Positions 37,802-43,880 of a DNA stretch of 43,880 nt are shown here, one piece after another. The notes under the pieces are model-generated. The model was not told the origin of the DNA and searched no databases. It was given only the letters and a program-made list of their open reading frames with translations. Made by a program: the position numbers and the translations under genes. Origin of the DNA: Candidatus Odinarchaeota archaeon (GTDB taxonomy: Archaea; Asgardarchaeota; Lokiarchaeia; Sigyniarchaeales; SOKP01); NCBI GenBank assembly GCA_048885325.1, contig JBHLPZ010000004.1:1-43880 (forward strand), written 5' to 3'. Numbering within the stretch: position 1 is the first letter of the stretch; every line of letters starts with the position of its first letter.

Positions 37802-38938
37802 ATGGAAGAATTAAAATTTAATAGGGCCATTATTTTAGATAATGGAACAGGAATTTCTAAAAACGGTTTTGGTGGAGAAGATCAACCACGTTCGGTTTTT
37901 CCTACCATGATTGGAACCCCAAAATATGGAACTGTGATGCCAGATGTAAAACATTTTTCTAGAGACTATTATATTGGAGAAGAAGCAATGGAACTTAGAG
38001 GTCTTTTAAGTCTTAAATTTCCGATCGAACATGGTATTGTAGAAGATTGGCCTGCTATGGAAAAATTATGGCATTATACATATTATACTGACCTAAGAAT
38101 TGATCCTTCAGAACATCCGATACTCCTTACAGAAGCACCTTTGAATCCGCGACAAAATAGAGAGAAAATGGCAGAAATCATGTTTGAGACATTTAATGTA
38201 CCTGCATTGTATATTGCGATGCAAGCAGTGTTATCTTTATATGCTTCAGGAAGAACAACAGGAACTGTAATAGATATTGGCGATGGGGTGTCTCATATTG
38301 TTCCGATTTATGAAGGTTTTGCATTAAGTCATGCTATACAAAGAACAGATCTAGCAGGAAGGGACGTTACAAAATATTTACAAAGGTTGCTAAGACAAAA
38401 AGGTTACTCATTCACCTCAACTGCTGAAACTGAAATTGTAAGAGATATTAAAGAAAAGCTATGTTATGTGGCAATAGATCCAGAAAAAGAATTACTCCTT
38501 TCTAAGAAAGTTGATGGAATGGAAAAATTGTTTATGCTTCCGGATGGAGAAACTATTAGCTTAGGAATAGAAAGATTCTTAGCTCCTGAATGTTTTTTCA
38601 ATCCATCAGTGATAGGAAAAGAGTTAGACCCAATTGATGATCTTATAGTAAGCGCTATATCTGAATGTGATGTTGACCTTCGAAGAGACCTTTACAGTAA
38701 TATTGTATTGTCCGGTGGTTCTACTATGTTTCCAGGTATTAAGGAAAGGTTAACAAAAGAGATAAAAGAAATGATTTCTGAATCCGTGGAAGTAAGAATT
38801 ATCAGTCCACCAGAACGTATGTATTCAGTGTGGATTGGAGGTTCAATTTTAGGCTCATTAAAGACATTTCATAGGATGTGGATTACTCGACGCGAATATA
38901 AAGAATTTGGCCCTACAATAATACATAGGTGTTTTTAA
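37802..38938 (+). CDS. Asgard actin (Lokiactin-like)
   Basis: DNGTG phosphate-1, [77 protein letters not shown] end; GGAGG RBS. Confidence 0.97.
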   Translation: MEELKFNRAIILDNGTGISKNGFGGEDQPRSVFPTMIGTPKYGTVMPDVKHFSRDYYIGEEAMELRGLLSLKFPIEHGIVEDWPAMEKLWHYTYYTDLRIDPSEHPILLTEAPLNPRQNREKMAEIMFETFNVPALYIAMQAVLSLYASGRTTGTVIDIGDGVSHIVPIYEGFALSHAIQRTDLAGRDVTKYLQRLLRQKGYSFTSTAETEIVRDIKEKLCYVAIDPEKELLLSKKVDGMEKLFMLPDGETISLGIERFLAPECFFNPSVIGKELDPIDDLIVSAISECDVDLRRDLYSNIVLSGGSTMFPGIKERLTKEIKEMISESVEVRIISPPERMYSVWIGGSILGSLKTFHRMWITRREYKEFGPTIIHRCF

Positions 38939-38962
38939 TGATATGGTTTAAAATTTTCAATC

Positions 38963-38970
38963 TTTTTTTT
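38963..38970 (+). terminator. Possible leaky poly-T terminator between actin and the fusion gene
   Basis: T8 run inside the 54-bp spacer, followed by a GAGGGGGG RBS. Confidence 0.35.
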
Positions 38971-38992
38971 AGAAGAGGGGGGTTAATTAGAA

Positions 38993-40195
38993 TTGGAAAA
39001 AATTATCAACAAGTTAGATAAATTTCTTACATCTGAATCTAGAATTATTTCAACAATCATTATTGAAGGAAAGAGTAAAATTGTTTATTCTTCTGATAAC
39101 TGGGATATTGCTGATGATTTGGAAGAAATTAATTCTTTATGGGATTCACAAGAACTCAGTGAGCTTTTTATTGATAATATTAAGTACAAAATTATACAAA
39201 TCTCATCTGAAAAACTTGTTGCTATGAATTTAGAGAAAAGAGGTAATATCATTGGATTTAAGGATGATGAAAGAAGAATCATCTGTCGAATAGAACCTGG
39301 AGAACAAATTTTCTTAGGTTTAATAGATGCTTCGAGAACTTTAGGAGAGCTACGTAAAAGGGATCCTTATTTAGATCCGCAAGCAATTTTAGGTAAAATT
39401 AAAGAGATTAAATGGGCAACTCCAAAAGTATTACTTAATGATACTCAAAATTTACAGAGATTAGGATTGTTAAAAGTTGGATTGACCCTTGAAGAGGCAA
39501 AAGTATACTTGAGTCTTCTTCAAAGTGGCGAAAAAGGAGAAAAGGTGGGAACTCTTAATAAACAATTGGAAATTAAGAGAACGACAATATATCGGATCAT
39601 TGAGCGTTTAGTTAATAAACGATGGGTCGATAAGTTAATGGAGAGACCAACAGGTACGACTATTTATGTTGCTAGACCCATTAATGAGGTAATTGATAAT
39701 ATTATTAAAGAAAGGGAAGATGAATTAAAGATTCTTAAATCCTTTAGATATATAATGGGGGAAAGCTCGGAAAATGGCTGGATTGACGTTTCAAAAGAAT
39801 TTAACACTTTGGGGATAATTGGAGTGGATAAAGATTGTGGACTTATTATATTTGAATATGAAAAGGCTGTGAAAGAAGAGGTTCTCATTCAAGCAGCTTT
39901 ACAACTATCATATGAGAAATTAAAAGGACAATTGCAGCCTGATTCTGAAAAAGAAGAATTTATAAATGCGGATTTGAAGGATATCAAAATCACTCGAGTT
40001 AAAATTGATAATTATTTAGGGGCAATTATGTATTTAAAATTTAAGGATGGTTCTAAAACAGCAAATAATATCGGAACTGATTGGATCGTAGCGGCGAAGC
40101 ATCTCGCAATGCCTATAGAAGATAAAATTTATGTAATATGGGGTTCAGAAGAAAAATTTCCAATATTATTGAGTATAATTTTGAGACTAAAGTAA
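38993..40195 (+). CDS. Profilin-like domain fused to a TrmB-type winged-helix domain and an unknown C-terminal domain
   Basis: aa 1-120 match the Loki-profilin pattern (IVYSSDNWDI..W..IDNIKY.IIQ...KLVA.N..GNIIGFKDDERRII..EP); aa ~155-250 match TrmB (GLTLEEAKVYLSLL..KRTTIYRIIERLVNKRWV..YVARP). Confidence 0.75.
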   Translation: MEKIINKLDKFLTSESRIISTIIIEGKSKIVYSSDNWDIADDLEEINSLWDSQELSELFIDNIKYKIIQISSEKLVAMNLEKRGNIIGFKDDERRIICRIEPGEQIFLGLIDASRTLGELRKRDPYLDPQAILGKIKEIKWATPKVLLNDTQNLQRLGLLKVGLTLEEAKVYLSLLQSGEKGEKVGTLNKQLEIKRTTIYRIIERLVNKRWVDKLMERPTGTTIYVARPINEVIDNIIKEREDELKILKSFRYIMGESSENGWIDVSKEFNTLGIIGVDKDCGLIIFEYEKAVKEEVLIQAALQLSYEKLKGQLQPDSEKEEFINADLKDIKITRVKIDNYLGAIMYLKFKDGSKTANNIGTDWIVAAKHLAMPIEDKIYVIWGSEEKFPILLSIILRLK

Positions 40196-40660
40196 TTAGA
40201 AATATGGAATTTCGGAATGATTCTTTGCCTCCTCATAAATGGGGCCCTTAGCAATGAAACCTAGGGCTAAACCACTGCCTCTTCCAACTAGTAAATTGTC
40301 ATTAAGTTTAATATTAAAGGCTCTTAAAGTTTTTTGGGGAATTTCTATAATTCCACTCTTGTAGATTGTAATCCAACAGTAATTTTTTTCTTTTATTTTA
40401 AATAATTTTCCTTCTTCTAATTGGTGATTTAATAATTCAGGGAATCCTTCTAACATTTTTCCAATTGGACTATTTTTTAATAGACGACTTGAACTTAACC
40501 CAAAACCACCTGAACGTTTACTTCCAGACATTAATATACCTTTATCATCTTCATTAAGTCTATATTCAAGATAAGCTTCTTCTGGAATTATTAATTTACC
40601 ATTTTCCCCTACTTTTGACCATCCAAATATATACTTCCCACCTTTTACAAGTTGAGGCAT
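40196..40660 (-). CDS. Tandem AbrB/MraZ-like swapped-hairpin protein
   Basis: Two repeats: SKVGENGKLIIPEEA and ITIYKSGIIEIPQKT. Confidence 0.65.
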   Translation of the reverse strand: MPQLVKGGKYIFGWSKVGENGKLIIPEEAYLEYRLNEDDKGILMSGSKRSGGFGLSSSRLLKNSPIGKMLEGFPELLNHQLEEGKLFKIKEKNYCWITIYKSGIIEIPQKTLRAFNIKLNDNLLVGRGSGLALGFIAKGPIYEEAKNHSEIPYF

Positions 40661-40674
40661 ATTACCCTCCTTCT

Positions 40675-41250
40675 TTATTTCTCTCTTAAAATTTTTTTAT
40701 AAAAATTTGATATTATTCTTTCACGTTCATTAGCAATTTTCTTTGATACATCTAAATACATTCGGTTTCTCAATTTCATTATTTTAGTCTCTAGATGATG
40801 AATCACTTGTTCAATTCCACCCCTATTTTTAACTGTAAATCCTATTGTACGATATAAGCCAATAGCTCCTAATGCATCTAATTTATCTGCATCAGATAAA
40901 ATTTTTGCTTCTAGTGTTTTAGGCTTTATCTCATTTGAAAAAGAATGAGCCCTTATACAATGAATAATATTCTCAATATCCTCTTTAGGGAGTCCAATAT
41001 CCAAGTTAGTTAAAAAGTTAGTTGCTAATTCGGCAGAAATTTCAGCGTGATTTCTTTTTAAGGTATTTACTCCTTCATTAATTCTTCCAATATCATGAAG
41101 TAACGCCGCTATTTTTAATATTTTAATATCTGCATCTAATTTTTTTCCTATTTTAAGACATAAACTATATACTCTTTCAATATGAGGAAAACCATGAATA
41201 TCATCAGATTCAGAATTCTCTCTCGCAAATTTAAGAATTGTTTCCAACAT
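40675..41250 (-). CDS. HD-domain phosphohydrolase (YedJ-like)
   Basis: HGFPHIERV, AALLHDIG, HA, AHSFS, DADKLDALGAIG. Confidence 0.9.
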   Translation of the reverse strand: MLETILKFARENSESDDIHGFPHIERVYSLCLKIGKKLDADIKILKIAALLHDIGRINEGVNTLKRNHAEISAELATNFLTNLDIGLPKEDIENIIHCIRAHSFSNEIKPKTLEAKILSDADKLDALGAIGLYRTIGFTVKNRGGIEQVIHHLETKIMKLRNRMYLDVSKKIANERERIISNFYKKILREK

Positions 41251-41344
41251 AGATTATTTTATCATCGATATTATAATATAATAATTTCTATAAAGAGAAA
41301 ATGAATAATAAGAGTTGATAAAAAAAATTAGTTTTTTGAAAGGA

Positions 41345-43030
41345 TTAAACTTCTTCTCCCCTTCTTTTAGCCTCGATATCCTTAAGTTCTTTTCTTAGTA
41401 CTTTACCTACTAATGTTTCAGGTAGTTCTTTTTTAAATTCGATGATTTTTGGAACTTTATATGGAGCTACAGTTTGTCTGCAGAATTCTTTAATTTCACT
41501 TTTAATTTCTTCACTTTCTTTATATCCATCTTTTAATACAATATATGCTTTTACTTTTTCACTACCAGGGATATTTGGGTCAGGAATCCCTATAACGGCT
41601 GCGTTTTCTATGGATTCATATTCAAATAGTACATCTTCTATTTCTCTTGGATAAACTTTAAAACCGCTTACATTAATCATATCTTTCTTCCTATCGACAA
41701 TATAGAAGTAACCTTCTTCATCCATTATCCCAATATCACCAGTTAAAAGCCATCCGTCCTTCAACTGGTTATCAGTTTCTTCAGGCTTATTCCAATATCC
41801 TTTCATGACCTGCGGACCTTTTATCATTATTTCACCTTGTTCCCCCAAGGGCACAATGTTTGTATAATCATCAATTTCGACAATTTTTACTTCTGTATCT
41901 GGAATGGGCATTCCAACAGAACCAACTTTTCTTACTCCATTAACAGGATTGATATGAGTAACTGGTGATGTCTCTGTCATTCCATAACCTTCAAGTATTT
42001 TACCTCCAGTTCTTTCCTCAAATTCTTTAAGGACTTCAGGCGGCATGGGTGCAGCACCTGTATTACAGATTCTAATTGATTTAAGATCTTTAGCATAATC
42101 TTCAAGATCATCTCGTTCTAATAAACGCAAATACATAGTTGGAACACCGGGAAACATTGCAGGTTGGGTTGCTCGAATTATTTCAAATAAAGATTTTTGA
42201 TCTCTAGGATCAGGATTTAAAGCAATTGTAGTAGCACTAGAGATTAAAAAATTCATGCAAACAGTTTGACCATATATATGAAATAGTGGTAAATTAGTCA
42301 GACCTGTATCTTTGCCTTTTCGTAATTCTGAAGCATTCCATGTATAAATAGCAATACAATTGGATACAATATTGTAGTGAGTTAACATGGCACCCTTAGG
42401 TACTCCAGTTGTACCTCCTGTGTATTGAAGACATGCAATATCTTCTTTTGCATTTGTTTCATATTTAGGTGGATTAGGTTTTGTATTTTCGATTAAATTA
42501 ACAAATTGCAAAGTCCCTGCGATTTTCGGTGGATTTTTAGAAGCCATTGGACCATAATCCATTATGTTAGTTATAATTACGTGTCGAAGTCGTGTTCTTT
42601 CCTTGATTTTATTAATTTTTTCTATTTGATTATCCCAAGCAATTATTATTTCAGCTCCAGAATCATTTAATTGATAAGCTAATTCATGCTCGGTATGAAG
42701 AACACTACAGGCTGTAACAATACCACCAGCTTTCAAAATACCATAATAACTCATGATAAATTGCGGAAAATTTGGTATCATAATCGCTATAACATCACCT
42801 TTTTTAACACCTAAGTTAACAAGCGCAGTAGCAAGTCTCTCAGTTATTTCCTTTAACTTTTTATAGGATATTTTATTATTCATAAACCAAATAGCTGTTC
42901 GTCCACCAAAATCTTTAGCTGAATTATCTAGGAGTTTATAAATATTTATTTCCGGGTAATCAATATGAGGAGGGACACCCTTATCATAATTTTTTAACCA
43001 TATTTTTTCAGTATACGGATTTTCACTCAT
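41345..43030 (-). CDS. fadD: Long-chain fatty-acid--CoA ligase
   Basis: QYTGGTTGVPKGA AMP-binding motif, EGYGMTE, TGDIG, DRKKD, YKVP, VGKVLR. Confidence 0.93.
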   Translation of the reverse strand: MSENPYTEKIWLKNYDKGVPPHIDYPEINIYKLLDNSAKDFGGRTAIWFMNNKISYKKLKEITERLATALVNLGVKKGDVIAIMIPNFPQFIMSYYGILKAGGIVTACSVLHTEHELAYQLNDSGAEIIIAWDNQIEKINKIKERTRLRHVIITNIMDYGPMASKNPPKIAGTLQFVNLIENTKPNPPKYETNAKEDIACLQYTGGTTGVPKGAMLTHYNIVSNCIAIYTWNASELRKGKDTGLTNLPLFHIYGQTVCMNFLISSATTIALNPDPRDQKSLFEIIRATQPAMFPGVPTMYLRLLERDDLEDYAKDLKSIRICNTGAAPMPPEVLKEFEERTGGKILEGYGMTETSPVTHINPVNGVRKVGSVGMPIPDTEVKIVEIDDYTNIVPLGEQGEIMIKGPQVMKGYWNKPEETDNQLKDGWLLTGDIGIMDEEGYFYIVDRKKDMINVSGFKVYPREIEDVLFEYESIENAAVIGIPDPNIPGSEKVKAYIVLKDGYKESEEIKSEIKEFCRQTVAPYKVPKIIEFKKELPETLVGKVLRKELKDIEAKRRGEEV

Positions 43031-43196
43031 AATATCTCTTTATTAATAATTTATTTTAATTTAATTGAAATTTATAAATATTTTATTATTTTTAAAAACT
43101 CTTAATTCTTTAATTATTTTATTTCATTAAAATCTTCAATTATGAAATAAGTAGATATTTATATAGTTAATATAAAAAAAATATTTATTTTGTGTT

Positions 43197-43880
43197 TTAG
43201 TATTTTATTTCAGTTCCCTCAATTTTCTCTAAAGCCTCTAAAGCCGCACTTGCTACAAGATCGGACTTATCTTCAGATATAGTTTTTAATATCGGTACTA
43301 CATTAGGGTCATCTGGATTTATTTCTCCGAGAGCTTCTACTGCACGCCACCTTACATCAACTTTCTTATCTTTTAATAAATCGATTAATGTTGAACTTGC
43401 TTTAGATGCTGCATGTCCAATCTTTCCTAAAGCTATTGCCGATTCAATTCGAACTCTCTTATTTGGATCATTTAACGTCTCTATAAGAGTGGGTATTGCG
43501 TCTATTGCAATATTTCCCAACTTACCTAATGTTCTTGCAGTTTCAACTCGAATTGAGCTTTTAGGATCCTTTAACGCTTCAATTAATTTTGGAATGGCTT
43601 CAGCTGCTTCATCTCCAATTCCTCCAATAGCCCAAATTGCCAAACTCCTTACTTTTTTTTCAGGATCATCAATCGCTTGAATTAAAGTAGGTATTACTGG
43701 GTAACCGATATTACGGAGGGCATCGGCTGCTTTCCCTTGAATCCCTTTCTTTTTATCATGTAGTGCTATAGATAAATTTTTAATTATTTCAGGATATGGG
43801 AGTTTCATCTCACCAAAAGTCTCAATTATGCTCTTACGAACAATGGGATTATAATGTTCTAAATATTTCAAAAGGCTGGG
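43197..43880 (-). CDS. HEAT (PBS-lyase-type) repeat protein, 5' end outside the window
   Basis: 33-aa repeats such as PKLIEALKDPKSSIRVETARTLGKLGNIAIDAI; the frame stays open to the window edge. Confidence 0.88.
   Translation of the reverse strand, partial: PSLLKYLEHYNPIVRKSIIETFGEMKLPYPEIIKNLSIALHDKKKGIQGKAADALRNIGYPVIPTLIQAIDDPEKKVRSLAIWAIGGIGDEAAEAIPKLIEALKDPKSSIRVETARTLGKLGNIAIDAIPTLIETLNDPNKRVRIESAIALGKIGHAASKASSTLIDLLKDKKVDVRWRAVEALGEINPDDPNVVPILKTISEDKSDLVASAALEALEKIEGTEIKY

Noticed and set aside
37802-38938. Eukaryotic contamination as the source of the actin
   Set aside because: Intronless, has a GGAGG RBS and an archaeal TATA box, has the same AT-rich codon style as its neighbours, and shows Asgard-type substitutions ([12 protein letters not shown]).
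35779-43680. Short ORFs at 35779, 39085, 39664, 41442 and 43489
   Set aside because: Antisense to conserved genes.
1-43880. tRNA, rRNA, IS elements, integrases and CRISPR arrays
   Set aside because: No GC-rich cloverleaf or rRNA-like segment, transposase or integrase motif, or spaced repeat array was seen.

Overview
AT-rich archaeal window, most likely from an Asgard archaeon of the Lokiarchaeia. This rests on an actin, a Loki-type profilin-like domain, an SCP2 protein, split ADP-forming acyl-CoA synthetase subunits, TATA-box promoters and GGAGG ribosome-binding sites. The left ~25 kb is catabolic: pyruvate kinase, aldehyde:ferredoxin oxidoreductase, a divergent ketol-acid reductoisomerase, an acyl-CoA/lipid-degradation operon, a 2-oxoacid/acetoin dehydrogenase E1 pair and four crotonase paralogs. 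The 25.4-37.6 kb region is accessory. It holds an ArsR gene, a Cys/His micro-protein and an ABC-2 exporter, then a PadR-led operon with a tandem palindromic operator (two BtrH-like papain-fold proteins, an alpha/alpha-toroid protein, DUF3795, a methyltransferase and a UvrA lacking the UvrB-binding domain). The most interesting locus is at 37.6-40.2 kb. An actin gene, preceded by a candidate operator, a TATA box and a long hairpin leader, is followed by a 400-aa protein that appears to fuse a profilin-like domain to a TrmB-type winged-helix DNA-binding domain. It is a candidate actin-sensing transcription factor. Two small genes missing from the ORF track were found. I recognised no rRNA, tRNA, CRISPR array or transposase. 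All family calls come from motif recognition by eye; no searches were run.
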